Shown here piece by piece: positions 9,984 through 19,688 of a DNA stretch of 64,000 bases. A model generated the notes under the pieces. The model saw only the letters and a program-made list of their open reading frames with translations, was not told the DNA's origin and searched no databases. The DNA lies in assembly GCA_032654565.1 (NCBI GenBank), contig JAULAX010000014.1:1-64000 (forward strand). The letters run 5' to 3'. Within the stretch, counting starts at the first letter, position 1. Each line of letters begins with the position of its first letter. The DNA is from Anaeromyxobacteraceae bacterium. GTDB taxonomy: Bacteria > Myxococcota > Myxococcia > Myxococcales > Anaeromyxobacteraceae. Position numbers and translations under genes: made by a program.

Positions 9984-10666
9984 AGGCTTTCCTTCTCCAG
10001 CTGCCCCCGCGAAAGGTGGAGGCGGCGCGGCAGGGTCCGCGCCAGCTGCTCGTTGTGGGTGACCACCACCGCGGTGATGCCCAGCCGGGCGTTGAGTTCG
10101 GTGATGAGGGCGTGGATGCCCTCGGCGGTCCGGGGGTCGAGGTTGCCGGTCGGCTCGTCGGCGAGGAGCAGCCGGGGCTTGAGGGCCAGCGCCCGGGCCA
10201 GCGCCACCCGCTGCTGCTCGCCCCCGGAGAGCTCGCCGGGGCGGTGGTGGAGGCGATCGCCCAGCCCCACCTGGACCAGCATCTCCTCGGCCCGGCCGTA
10301 GGCCTCGGCCCGGGGCAGGCGCCGGATCAGCCCGGGCATGGCGGCGTTGTCCAGGGCGGTGAACTCGGGGAGCAGGTGGTGGCTCTGGAAGACGAAGCCG
10401 ATGTTGAGGTTGCGGAAGGAGGCCAGCGCCTCCTCGCCCCCGGCGAAGGCGTCGGCGCCGTCGTAGAAGACCCGGCCGGCGCTGGGGGAGTCGAGGGTGC
10501 CGAGCACGTTGAGGAAGGTGCTCTTGCCCGAGCCCGACGGCCCGGTCAGCGCCACCAGCTCGCCGGCGGCGATCTCCAGGGAGAGGCCGCGCAGCACCTC
10601 CAGCCGCTTCTCGCCCATGACGTAGGTCTTGCCGAGCCCCTCGACCCGGATGAAGGGGGCGGCCAT
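9980..10666 (-). CDS. lolD: Lipoprotein-release ABC ATPase LolD
   Basis: GPSGSGKST, GFVFQSHHLLPEF, LSGGEQQRVALARAL, DEPTGNLD. Confidence 0.92.
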   Translation of the reverse strand: MAAPFIRVEGLGKTYVMGEKRLEVLRGLSLEIAAGELVALTGPSGSGKSTFLNVLGTLDSPSAGRVFYDGADAFAGGEEALASFRNLNIGFVFQSHHLLPEFTALDNAAMPGLIRRLPRAEAYGRAEEMLVQVGLGDRLHHRPGELSGGEQQRVALARALALKPRLLLADEPTGNLDPRTAEGIHALITELNARLGITAVVVTHNEQLARTLPRRLHLSRGQLEKESL

Positions 10667-12597
10667 CACTCGCTCCTCAGCCCGTCGACGGGGCGGAGCC
10701 GGGCCGCCTTGGTGGCCGGGTAGATGGTGGCCAGGAAGGCCAGCGCCAGGGACATCAGCGCCACCATCACCCACTGCGACGGGTCGATGCGGACCGGGAG
10801 GTTGTCGATGTAGTAGACCTCCGGGTCGAGCGGGATGCCGACGTCGCCCACCAGCAGGCAGGTGCCGTAGCCCAGCACCAGGCCGAAGAAGGTGCCCACG
10901 GCGCCGATGATCATCCCCTCGATGACGAAGATCTTCATGATCGAGGGGATCCCCGCCCCCATCGACTTGAGCACCGCGATCTCCCGGGTCTTCTCCAGCA
11001 CCAGCATGATCAGGGTGGCCACGATGATGAAGCTGGCCACCAGCACGATGAAGCCGAGGATCACCGCCATCACCAGCTTCTCCATGCGCAGCGCCGAGAA
11101 GAGGTTGCGGTTGAGCTCGCCCCAGTCCTTGGTCCGGTAGGGCCAGCCGCCCAGGGCGGCGGTGACCCGGGAGAGGATGGGCCGGGCCCGGTCGACGTCG
11201 GAGACCTTGAGCTCCAGCCCGGTGACGCCGTCGCCGGTGCCGAAGAAGCGGCGGGCCTCGTCGAGGTCGAGGTAGGCGAACTTGGCGTCGTACTCGTACA
11301 TGCCGCTGAAGAAGATGGCGGCGACGCGGAAGGCGCGGCTGCGGGGCTGCGGCCCGACCGGCCCGAGATCGCCGAACGGGGAGATGACGTTGACCTGGTC
11401 GCCGACGTCGACGCGCAGCGAGCGGGCCATCTCCCGCCCCACCACGATGCCGGCCAGGCGGCGCCCCGAGGGCGGCTCGTCGAGGTCGCGCAGCGGGCTC
11501 CTGGGGATCAGCTCCGGCGAGGTGAGCCACTCCAGCTTGCCCCCCTTCTCCACCGCCGCCGGCAGGTCGGTGACGGAGCCGATGGTGGCCGGGTCGATCC
11601 CCTTGACCAGGGCGCCGGTGAGCCGCTGCCCCGACGAGAGCATCACCTCGTTGACGAGGAAGGGGGTGGCCCCGACCACGCCGGGCACGGCCAGCACCTG
11701 GTCGCGCACCGTGCGCCACTCGGTGAACTCGTTCTGGCCGGACTTCATGAGGATGCCGTGGGCGTTCTGGCCGAGGATCTTCGCCTTCAGGTCCCCCTCG
11801 AAGCCGTTCATCACCGAGAGCACCACGGTGAGCGCCCAGGCGCCGATGGCCACGCCGCCGATGGAGATGAGCGTCATCAGCAGGGTCTCGGCCATGCGCC
11901 GCCGGCCCATCAGCAGGCCGCGGCGCTCGGCGCGGCGCTCGCGGGCGTCGGCGACCATGGAGCGGACGAAGAGGAAGAGCAGGCCGGGGAGGATGCCGGT
12001 GACCACCAGGGCGAAGAGCGCCAGCAGGGTGCGGCGGGTCAGCTTGAGGTGGCTCTTGGCCACGTAGAACTCGAAGGAGACCGAGAGGTCGAGCCGCCCG
12101 GTCCCGCCGAAGAGATAGGCCAGGGTGGCCCCGACGAAGACCGCGGTGGCCGCCAGCGCCCCGGCGCCGAGCAGCCCGAGCACCACCACCAGCAGCCCCT
12201 GCTGCTCCAGCCCCTCGAGGCCGGCCGCGGCGCCGCGCTGCGAGCCGAGCGCCGCCACCCGGAGCCCGACGGTGGCGCCCCAGAGCAGCATGGCCGCGGT
12301 CACCTCGTAGAAGCCGATGCGCCGGGTCCAGAGGGCGGCGACGGCGCCGCAGGCGGCCGCCAGCAGGGCGGCCAGCGCCACCGCGCCGGCCATGGCCAGG
12401 GTGGGCGGGAGCCCGCCGCGCCCGGCCAGCAGCGCCTGCAGCAGCGGGGCCCCGTTGGCGGCGCCGACCAGCCCCACCAGCACCAGCAGGAAGGCCCGGG
12501 TGGAGAAGACCGGGGCCACCGGGTGGGCGGCGCCGGGCGGCGCGGCCGGGGCCTCGTCCGAGGCCGGCGGCGAGGTCGGGGGCGTGGGCTCGCTCAT
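10666..12597 (-). CDS. lolE: Lipoprotein-release ABC permease LolC/E with N-terminal membrane extension
   Basis: ISIGGVAIGAWALTVVLSVMNGFE, EKTREIAVLKSMGA, YPATKAARLRPVDGLR; start 12597 or 12624. Confidence 0.85.
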   Translation of the reverse strand: MSEPTPPTSPPASDEAPAAPPGAAHPVAPVFSTRAFLLVLVGLVGAANGAPLLQALLAGRGGLPPTLAMAGAVALAALLAAACGAVAALWTRRIGFYEVTAAMLLWGATVGLRVAALGSQRGAAAGLEGLEQQGLLVVVLGLLGAGALAATAVFVGATLAYLFGGTGRLDLSVSFEFYVAKSHLKLTRRTLLALFALVVTGILPGLLFLFVRSMVADARERRAERRGLLMGRRRMAETLLMTLISIGGVAIGAWALTVVLSVMNGFEGDLKAKILGQNAHGILMKSGQNEFTEWRTVRDQVLAVPGVVGATPFLVNEVMLSSGQRLTGALVKGIDPATIGSVTDLPAAVEKGGKLEWLTSPELIPRSPLRDLDEPPSGRRLAGIVVGREMARSLRVDVGDQVNVISPFGDLGPVGPQPRSRAFRVAAIFFSGMYEYDAKFAYLDLDEARRFFGTGDGVTGLELKVSDVDRARPILSRVTAALGGWPYRTKDWGELNRNLFSALRMEKLVMAVILGFIVLVASFIIVATLIMLVLEKTREIAVLKSMGAGIPSIMKIFVIEGMIIGAVGTFFGLVLGYGTCLLVGDVGIPLDPEVYYIDNLPVRIDPSQWVMVALMSLALAFLATIYPATKAARLRPVDGLRSE

Positions 12598-12620
12598 GCC
12601 GGGGGCCGGGCCGGTTCCGG

Positions 12621-14180
12621 TCACGCCTGCGGCTTGAGCAGCGGGAAGAGGATGACGTCGCGGATCGACGGCGAGTCGGTGAGGAGCATGGCGAGGCGAT
12701 CGATGCCGATGCCCTCGCCGGCGGTGGGCGGCATGCCGTGCTCCAGGGCGCGGACGTAGTCCTCGTCGAAGGGCATGGCCTCCTCGTCACCGGCCACCTT
12801 GGCCTTCACCTGGGCCTCGAAGCGGGCCCGCTGGTCGGCCGGGTCGTTCAGCTCGCTGAAGGCGTTGGCCAGCTCCATGCCGGCGACGTAGAGCTCGAAG
12901 CGGTCGACGAGGCGCGGGTCGGCGTCGCGGCGGCGCGACAGCGGCGAGGTCTCCAGCGGGAAGTCGACCACGAAGGCGGGCCGGTCCACCGGGAGCTTCG
13001 GCTCGCAGAGGATCTCGAAGGCCACGGCGACGGCCTCGCCCGGGCTGCGCTTCGCCGCCTGGGTGAGCTTCCAGGCGGCCTCCTTGTCGGCGTGGGCGGC
13101 GGCGGCGGCGGCCAGCGCCTCGGCCAGGCCGCGGCCGGCCAGCGCCTGGTCGGGGTCGAGCCCCAGCGCCGAGGCCGCCTCGCCCAGCATGGAGACGCGC
13201 GGGTACGGCGGCGTGAGATCGATGCGCTGCCCCTGGAAGGTGATCACCGGCGCGCCGGTCACCTGCAGCGCCAGGGCGTGGAGGAGCTCCTCGGTGAGCC
13301 CCATCAGGTCGTCGTGCGTGGCGTACGCCTGGTAGAACTCGATGGAGGTGAACTCCGGGTTGTGGCGCCGGTCGATCCCCTCGTTGCGCCAGATGCGCCC
13401 GATCTCGTAGACCCGGTCGAGCCCGCCGACGATGAGCCGCTTGAGGTGGAGCTCGGTGGCGATGCGCAGCTTGAGGTCCAGCCCCAGCGCGTTGTGGTGG
13501 GTGGCGAACGGCCGGGCCGCCGCCCCGCCGGCCTCCTCCGGCTTGTGCAGCGTCGGGGTCTCCACCTCGAGGTAGCCGCGGGCGTCGAGGAAGCGGCGGA
13601 TGCCGGAGACGATGGCGGCGCGCTTGACGAACACCTCGCGCACCCCCGGGGTCACCGCCAGGTCCACGTAGCGCTGCCGGTAGCGCTGCTCCACGTCGGT
13701 GAGGCCGTGCCACTTCTCCGGGAGCGGGCGGGTGGCCTTGGTGAGGATGGTGAAGGTGGCCGCCTCCAGCGTCAGCTCGCCGGTCTTGGTCCGGGTGGCC
13801 GGCCCCTCGGCGGCGACCAGGTCGCCGACGTCGAGCAGCTTGAAGATCTCGAAGCCGGCCTCGCCGACCTTGTCCTTCTTGACCCAGACCTGCAGCTCGC
13901 CGCTGCGGTCGCGCACCTTGAGGAAGGCGGCCTTGCCGAAGCTGCGCAGCGCCAGCACCCGGCCGGCCACCGACCAGGCGCCGGGGTCGCGGGCGATCTC
14001 GTCGGCCGGGGCCTCGCCGTAGCGGGCGTGGAGGTCGGCGGCCAGGTGACGCGGGGTCACGCCGTTGCCGAACGGGTTGACGCCGAGGGCACGCAGGGCC
14101 TCCGCCTTGGCGAGGCGGGTGGTGATGATCTCGCGCTCGGTGGCGCCGAGGTCGTCGCTGGCAGGGGTCTTGTCGGCCAT
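12621..14180 (-). CDS. lysS: Lysine--tRNA ligase (class II)
   Basis: LPEKWHGLTDVEQRYRQRYVDL, GGAAARPF, HNPEFT, GMPPTAGEGIGIDRLAMLLT. Confidence 0.97.
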   Translation of the reverse strand: MADKTPASDDLGATEREIITTRLAKAEALRALGVNPFGNGVTPRHLAADLHARYGEAPADEIARDPGAWSVAGRVLALRSFGKAAFLKVRDRSGELQVWVKKDKVGEAGFEIFKLLDVGDLVAAEGPATRTKTGELTLEAATFTILTKATRPLPEKWHGLTDVEQRYRQRYVDLAVTPGVREVFVKRAAIVSGIRRFLDARGYLEVETPTLHKPEEAGGAAARPFATHHNALGLDLKLRIATELHLKRLIVGGLDRVYEIGRIWRNEGIDRRHNPEFTSIEFYQAYATHDDLMGLTEELLHALALQVTGAPVITFQGQRIDLTPPYPRVSMLGEAASALGLDPDQALAGRGLAEALAAAAAAHADKEAAWKLTQAAKRSPGEAVAVAFEILCEPKLPVDRPAFVVDFPLETSPLSRRRDADPRLVDRFELYVAGMELANAFSELNDPADQRARFEAQVKAKVAGDEEAMPFDEDYVRALEHGMPPTAGEGIGIDRLAMLLTDSPSIRDVILFPLLKPQA

Positions 14181-14213
14181 CTCTCGGTTTCGACGGGGGA
14201 AACGGGTTGGCGC

Positions 14214-14242
14214 AGGCTATTCGGGGAGCCGCCTTGCGTCAA
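14214..14242 (-). promoter_or_regulatory. Sigma70-type promoter of lysS-lol-bam-lpx operon (TTGACG-N17-TAGCCT)
   Basis: Near-consensus hexamers with 17-bp spacer about 35 nt upstream of the lysS ATG. Confidence 0.6.
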
Positions 14243-14290
14243 CGGAGGCAACACCCGGGCGGGACGGTTGTTCCCGGAGGTAGGAGGCCG

Positions 14291-14815
14291 TCAGCGGCGC
14301 GTGCCGGCGCGCCGCGTCGAACGGGACTTCGACTTCACCGCCGCCTTCGACTTCGGCTTCACCACCACCTTCGACTTCGACTTCACCGCCGCCTTCGGCG
14401 CCGGCTTCACCGGCGGCCTCGACCCCGGCTTCGTCCCCGGGCGCGCCCTGACCGTGGTCGCCTTGCTCGCCTTGGAGGCCGCGGCCCGCGCCGCCGCCTC
14501 CAGCGCCAGCCGGGCCCAGGGCCACATGGCCTCGGGGTCCTCGAGCGCGGCCTCGGGCGGTGTCAGGTAGGACATCACCATGACCCCGCCGTCCTTGGCC
14601 CGGTAGGTGAACGGCCGGCCGCCGGCCGCCTCGAAGGCGGCGCGGGTGACGTCGTCCACCTTGAGGTAGAGGGCCCCCTCCTCGATCTCGCCGACCGCGA
14701 AGAAGAGGCCGTCGGCGTAGAACCCCAGGGCGCCGAACATCCGGCGCGCCGACACCCCGGGCCCGAGCGGCGCGAAGAGGTCGAGCCCGTGGGCGATGAG
14801 CTGGTCGGCGGACAG
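14291..14815 (-). CDS. TfoX/Sxy N-terminal domain protein with Lys-rich tail
   Basis: DLFAPLGPGVSARRMFGALGFYADGLFFA...LYLKVD...PFTY...MSY; homology extends upstream of the GTG at 14755 to a CTG at 14815. Confidence 0.8.
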   Translation of the reverse strand: MSADQLIAHGLDLFAPLGPGVSARRMFGALGFYADGLFFAVGEIEEGALYLKVDDVTRAAFEAAGGRPFTYRAKDGGVMVMSYLTPPEAALEDPEAMWPWARLALEAAARAAASKASKATTVRARPGTKPGSRPPVKPAPKAAVKSKSKVVVKPKSKAAVKSKSRSTRRAGTRR

Positions 14816-14828
14816 GGCGGCCCCCTGC

Positions 14829-16424
14829 TCAGCGAGAGCGGTACACGGTGTGGTCGATCTCCGGGAAGATGTTGTCCCTCGACTCCACCGAGCGCAGCCA
14901 GACCTCGTCCACCTGGTGGGCCCGCAGCTGGTCGTGGAGCCGGGTGAAGCGGAGCACGTGCTCCTTGGTGCGGCGGATGGCGTACTCCACCATGGTGCCG
15001 GTCTTCATGATGAAGGCCCAGTCGGAGGACTGCGCCAGCAGGAGCTCGCGCGCCGCCTGGTCGAGGGCGCGGCGCTCCAGCGGCGTCGGCAGCTGGATCT
15101 CGTTGGCCAGGGCGATCATCCGCTCCGCCGCCTTGTGGAGGTGGCGGTAGATCCAGTCGTTGGTCCCGTCCAGCCAGACCGCGGCGTAGCCGCCGGCGCC
15201 CCAGGAGCAGAGCGGGGGGGTGGCCAGCTGCTGCTCCGGGTTCTCCCGCAGGTAGTCGCCCGGGGTGGCCAGCTTGAAGACCTGCTGGTCGAAGGCCACC
15301 TTGCGGATCAGGTAGTCGATGAACTGCGGTCCCTCGTACCACCAGTGACCGTAGAGCTCGGCGTCGTAGGGCGAGACCACGATGGGCCGGGTGCCGCCCA
15401 TGGTGCCGGCCAGGTGCTCGATCTGGCGCTCCCGGTTGTACATGAAGTTGCCGGCGTGGGAGGCGGCCCGCTCGGCGGCCCGCTGCGGCGAGTAGGGCTC
15501 CTTGTGCGGGGTCTTGCCGGTGATGCGGAAGTACTTGATGCCGACGTTCTTGCGGGCCCCGGTGGGCTGCACGTAGGGCTTGACGTAGTCGAAGTCCAGG
15601 TCCCAGCCGATGTCCCGGTAGAACTCGCGGTACTCGGGGTCGCCGGGGTAGCCGGACTCGGCGCTCCAGACCTGCATCGAGGACTCGGAGTCGCGGGCGA
15701 AGGCGGCGGGGCCGGCCGGCGTGTAGAGCGGGGCGTAGACGCCGTGGCGGGGCCGCGGCGTGGCGTCGGTGACGCCGTGGGTGTCGACGAAGAAGTAGCG
15801 GATGTTCTCCTCGGCCAGCACCTGCTCGACGCCGGGGAAGTAGCCGCACTCGGGCAGCCAGATGCCGGCCGGGTCCTTGCCGAAGTGGCGCCGGTGGTGG
15901 GCGGCGGCCACCGCCACCTGGGCCCGCACCGCCTCGGGGTACTGCTGCATGAGCGGCAGGAAGCCGTGGGTGGCGCCGCAGGTGAGCAGCTCCAGCCGCC
16001 CCGCCTCCTCGAGGCGGCGGAAGGCCCCCACCAGGTCGCGGTGGTAGCGATCGTGGAAGAGCCGGCGCAGCTCGAAGAACTCCTGGCGGTAGTGGTGGGC
16101 CAGGTCGTGGAATGCCGGGTCGTGGCGGGTCCGGTGGATCTCCTTCTCGCTGAGCTCGCAGAGCTGGTCGAGGCGGCGAGCGTAGCGCCCCATCAGCAGG
16201 TCGTCGCGCAGCATGGCCACCAGCGGCGGCGACATGGTGAGCGAGATGCGGAAGGCGATCCCCTCGTCGGCGGCGCGGTCGAAGACCCGCAGCAGCGGCA
16301 GGTAGGTCTCGGTGATGGCCTCGTAGAGCCAGTCCTCCTCCAGGAAGTCCTCGTACTCCGGGTGACGGACGAAGGGGAGGTGGGCGTGGAGGTGCAGGGC
16401 GACGTAGCCCCTGGGCGCGGCCAT
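14829..16424 (-). CDS. GH57 1,4-alpha-glucan branching enzyme (DUF1957)
   Basis: LHAHLPFVRHPE, EAITETYLPL, GIWLPECGY, PYDAELYGHWWYEGP, LLLAQSSDWAFI. Confidence 0.93.
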   Translation of the reverse strand: MAAPRGYVALHLHAHLPFVRHPEYEDFLEEDWLYEAITETYLPLLRVFDRAADEGIAFRISLTMSPPLVAMLRDDLLMGRYARRLDQLCELSEKEIHRTRHDPAFHDLAHHYRQEFFELRRLFHDRYHRDLVGAFRRLEEAGRLELLTCGATHGFLPLMQQYPEAVRAQVAVAAAHHRRHFGKDPAGIWLPECGYFPGVEQVLAEENIRYFFVDTHGVTDATPRPRHGVYAPLYTPAGPAAFARDSESSMQVWSAESGYPGDPEYREFYRDIGWDLDFDYVKPYVQPTGARKNVGIKYFRITGKTPHKEPYSPQRAAERAASHAGNFMYNRERQIEHLAGTMGGTRPIVVSPYDAELYGHWWYEGPQFIDYLIRKVAFDQQVFKLATPGDYLRENPEQQLATPPLCSWGAGGYAAVWLDGTNDWIYRHLHKAAERMIALANEIQLPTPLERRALDQAARELLLAQSSDWAFIMKTGTMVEYAIRRTKEHVLRFTRLHDQLRAHQVDEVWLRSVESRDNIFPEIDHTVYRSR

Positions 16425-17495
16425 CTACTTCCCCTCCCCGCCGAACGGGCGCGACGGCGAGGTCGGCCGGTCCGCCGGGGCGGACGGGGCGGCCCCGGAC
16501 CGGCTGTGACCGAACCGGTCCCAGCCGGAGAGGCTGGCCAGCAGGGTGCGCGCCTCCTCGCTGAAGGGCCCGCCGGGGACGCCCGGCCCCATCAGCTTGG
16601 GCAGCGGCACCTCCCAGGGCAGGGCGGCGAAGCGATCGTCGATGATGGGAGACGGTCCCTTGGGCGGCAGCGCCGTGCCGATGGAGGGGCCGGGCAGCAC
16701 CCGGTCCTGTCCGTCGGCGCCCACCACGTGGAGCTCGGCGCGGTAGGCGCGCCCGGGCTCGAGGTCGTGGACGTACCAGCCGCGCGCCTCCAGGGCCACG
16801 TCGACGACGCGGACGCGATCCCACTGCGCGCCGCGGGCGAAGATCCAGAGCTGCGCCCTGGCCCCGCGGACGCCGACGAAGGCGGCGTCGACCGAGGCAC
16901 GCGCCTGGTCCCAGTAGACGAAGAGGGTCTGCGGGTCGCGCGGCAGCGCCACCAGCAGGTCGTCGCCGTAGGTCCAGGGGAGCTCCCCCAGCCCCTCGTC
17001 GTGGAGGGGAGGCACCGGCGGCTCCTCCTCCCACCCGCCCGGCTCCTGGAGCTGGTGAGGCGCGTCGCGGACCGCCTCCTCGCCGCGCACCCGGGCCACG
17101 AAGAACCCCTCCGGGTCCGGCCCGTCGCGGCGGCCGGCCAGGTCGAGGCGCGGCGCCGCCCGGGTCGGGCTGGCGGACTTCCGCGTCGTGGCCGGCTTCT
17201 TCGCGGTCGGCTTCTTCGCGGCCGGCTTGCTTGCGACCGGGGTCCTGGCGGCCGGCCGTGAGGCGACCGCCTTCTTCACGACCGGACGCCTGGCGTCCGT
17301 CCGCGCCGCGACCGCCTTCTTCACGGCCGGCTTCTTCGCGACCGCCTTCTTCGCGACCGCCTTCTTCACGGCCGGCTTCTTCGCGACCGCCTTCTTCGCG
17401 GCCGGCTTCTTCGCGGCCGGCTTCGTGGCGGTCGTCCTGGTGGCGGCCGCCTGCCTGGTGAGCCTGGGGCTCTTCTTCCGATCGGGTGCGGGCAT
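16425..17495 (-). CDS. DUF4912-domain protein with histone-like Lys/Ala repeat N-terminus
   Basis: ELPWTYGDDLLVALPRDPQTLFVYWD; typical neighbour of GH57; KKPAA/KKAVA repeats. Confidence 0.8.
   Translation of the reverse strand: MPAPDRKKSPRLTRQAAATRTTATKPAAKKPAAKKAVAKKPAVKKAVAKKAVAKKPAVKKAVAARTDARRPVVKKAVASRPAARTPVASKPAAKKPTAKKPATTRKSASPTRAAPRLDLAGRRDGPDPEGFFVARVRGEEAVRDAPHQLQEPGGWEEEPPVPPLHDEGLGELPWTYGDDLLVALPRDPQTLFVYWDQARASVDAAFVGVRGARAQLWIFARGAQWDRVRVVDVALEARGWYVHDLEPGRAYRAELHVVGADGQDRVLPGPSIGTALPPKGPSPIIDDRFAALPWEVPLPKLMGPGVPGGPFSEEARTLLASLSGWDRFGHSRSGAAPSAPADRPTSPSRPFGGEGK
17190..17430. repeat. Coding 15-bp tandem repeat (KKAVA/KKPAV units)
   Basis: Repeated gcgaccgccttcttc / gcggccggcttcttc. 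Confidence 0.85.
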
Positions 17496-17598
17496 GATTC
17501 CGGTGAGCCTACACCAAGAACTTCGCGTGCGTCCCCCACCGGACCGGCCGGCCGCCACCTTCTCTGATAGGCTCTGTTCTTCGGCACTTGGAGGTCAC

Positions 17599-19677
17599 GT
17601 GGAACGCGCAGGAGACCCCAGCCCGCCCTGCCCGCACTGCGGCACCGCCCATCCGCCGATGGAGCGCTGCGGCCAGAACACGGTCCGGATGGGCGCCAAG
17701 CCGCAGGGGGCGACCCTGCTCTTCAGCGGCGACAGCCTGGGGACGCCGCCGACCCCGCCCCCGGCGACCGCCCCGCCCGTCGATCCGCTGATCGGCACCC
17801 AGGTCGGCTCCTTCCGCGTGGTCCGGCTGCTCGGGCGCGGCGGCATGGGGACCGTCTACCTGGCCGAGCACCCGGCCATCGGCAGCAAGGTGGCGGTCAA
17901 GTTCCTCCACGAGTCGCTCTCCGAGAACCCCCAGGTGGTGGCCCGCTTCTACGACGAGGCCCGCGCCGTCAACCTCATCGGCCACGAGAACATCGTCGCC
18001 ATCTACGACCTCAACCTGCTCCCGCCCAACCGCTACTACTTCGTCATGGAGTGGCTGGACGGCGAGACCCTGCACGCGGCGGTGCGCGGGCGCCGCCTCG
18101 ATCCGGCCGCGGCGCTCGACGTGCTGCTGCAGCTCTGCGACGCGCTCCAGTGCGCCCACGAGCGCGGGGTGGTCCACCGCGACCTGAAGCCGGACAACGT
18201 CTTCCTGGTGACCCGCGGCGGCAAGCCCCACTTCGTCAAGCTGGTGGACTTCGGCATCGCCAAGCTGCGCGGCGGCTCCACCACCAGCAGCGGCCGGACC
18301 TCGGCCGGGCTGATCGTCGGCACCCCGGAGTACATGGCCCCGGAGCAGTGCGACGACGGGACCATCGACGCCCGCACCGACGTCTACGCGCTCGGGGTCA
18401 TGGCCTACGAGCTGCTGGCCGGCCGGCTGCCCTTCCAGGGGAAGACGGTGACCCAGCTGCTGCTGGCCCACCTCCAGCAGCAGCCGCCGCCCATCTCCCA
18501 GTTCGTCCCCGGCGTCGACCCGGAGCTGGAGCGGACCATCATGAAGGCGCTGGCCAAGGCCCCCGACGAGCGCCACGCCGACATGGCCCGGTTCGCCGAG
18601 GCCCTGCGTCCGAGCCGGGCGCGGCTGGGGCCGGGGGGCCAGCCCCTGGTGTCCCCGGCGTCGGTGCCGGGGGCCACCCCGGCGCCGCCCCAGCCCCCCC
18701 CGCCGGCCTCGGCCACGCCCCCTCCGCCCGCCCCCGCCCCTGCCGCCGCCCCCGCGCCGGTCGTGGCGCCGGCCCCGGCCCTGGTGCCCCCGCCGCCGCC
18801 AGCCGGGCCACCAGCCAACCCGGTCACCGTGGACGTCACCAGCGCCGGGATCACCCGCCGCCTGGTCGCGGTCGAGGTGACGCGCGGGGGGCTCTTCCTC
18901 GGCGCCGAGACCGACCTGCCGCCGCTCTTCTCGCGGGTCGCCCTCTCCCTCTCGCACCCGGCCCTCCGCGCCCGGCTGGAGCTGGCCGGCGACGTGGTCC
19001 GTCACGTCTCGGCGGACGAGGCGGGGCGCTGGCACATGTCGCCGGGCTTCGCCGTGCAGCTGGTGGAGCTGACCCCGGAGCGCCGGGCCGCCCTCACCGA
19101 CCTGGTCGAGGCCACCCGGGGCGCGCCGCCGCCCGGGACGGCCGCACCAGCCGCACCGGTCTCCGCGGCCGAGCAGCTGCGCGAGCTGGAGGAGCGGCCC
19201 ACCACCACCCACTACACGCTGCTCGGCCTGCCGCTCGACGCCGAGTTCGCCGAGATCCGCAAGTCGGGGCGCGAGCTGCGGGCCCGGCTGGAGGCGATCC
19301 GCGCCAGCCCCGAGGCGCCGGACCAGCACGCCCGGGCCGTCGCCCTGCTGGCCCGGCTCGATGTCGCCCAGCACGCCCTCTCGGCCCCGGCGGAGCGGCT
19401 GGTCTACGACGCCGCGCGCGGCAACTACCTCGGGGTGGCCCGCTGCGCCGCGGCCGGGGTGCCGCAGGCCCTGATCGAGGGGCGCCGCCGCGAGTACCTG
19501 GCCCGCCACGCCGACCGGGCCAGGGCCGCCGAGAGCCACCTGGCGCGGGCCCAGGTGGCCCGCAAGATGAAGAACCACGCCGCCGCCATCGCCGCCTACC
19601 AGGCGGCGCTGACCTCGGACCCGCTCGACCAGGCGACGCTGGAGGCCTACGTGGCCTACCGGCGGCAGGTCGGCTGA
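17599..19677 (+). CDS. Ser/Thr protein kinase with Pro-rich linker, PilZ-like and J-like/TPR C-terminal regions
   Basis: LGRGGMGTVY, VAVK, HRDLKPDN, DFG, GTPEYMAPE; GGAGG RBS before GTG 17599; EVTRGGLFL...GDVVRHV...GFAVQL. Confidence 0.9.
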   Translation: MERAGDPSPPCPHCGTAHPPMERCGQNTVRMGAKPQGATLLFSGDSLGTPPTPPPATAPPVDPLIGTQVGSFRVVRLLGRGGMGTVYLAEHPAIGSKVAVKFLHESLSENPQVVARFYDEARAVNLIGHENIVAIYDLNLLPPNRYYFVMEWLDGETLHAAVRGRRLDPAAALDVLLQLCDALQCAHERGVVHRDLKPDNVFLVTRGGKPHFVKLVDFGIAKLRGGSTTSSGRTSAGLIVGTPEYMAPEQCDDGTIDARTDVYALGVMAYELLAGRLPFQGKTVTQLLLAHLQQQPPPISQFVPGVDPELERTIMKALAKAPDERHADMARFAEALRPSRARLGPGGQPLVSPASVPGATPAPPQPPPPASATPPPPAPAPAAAPAPVVAPAPALVPPPPPAGPPANPVTVDVTSAGITRRLVAVEVTRGGLFLGAETDLPPLFSRVALSLSHPALRARLELAGDVVRHVSADEAGRWHMSPGFAVQLVELTPERRAALTDLVEATRGAPPPGTAAPAAPVSAAEQLRELEERPTTTHYTLLGLPLDAEFAEIRKSGRELRARLEAIRASPEAPDQHARAVALLARLDVAQHALSAPAERLVYDAARGNYLGVARCAAAGVPQALIEGRRREYLARHADRARAAESHLARAQVARKMKNHAAAIAAYQAALTSDPLDQATLEAYVAYRRQVG

Positions 19678-19688
19678 CCTCCCCCGCC

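Noticed and set aside
17188..17598. N-terminal AFFA-repeat extension of the kinase in the ORF track
   Set aside because: Antisense shadow of the Lys/Ala repeats of the DUF4912 gene; a good RBS and GTG lie at 17599
17592..17605. parS-like CACGTGGAAC
   Set aside because: Only 10/14 match to GTTCCACGTGGAAC, not palindromic, and explained by the RBS and start codon
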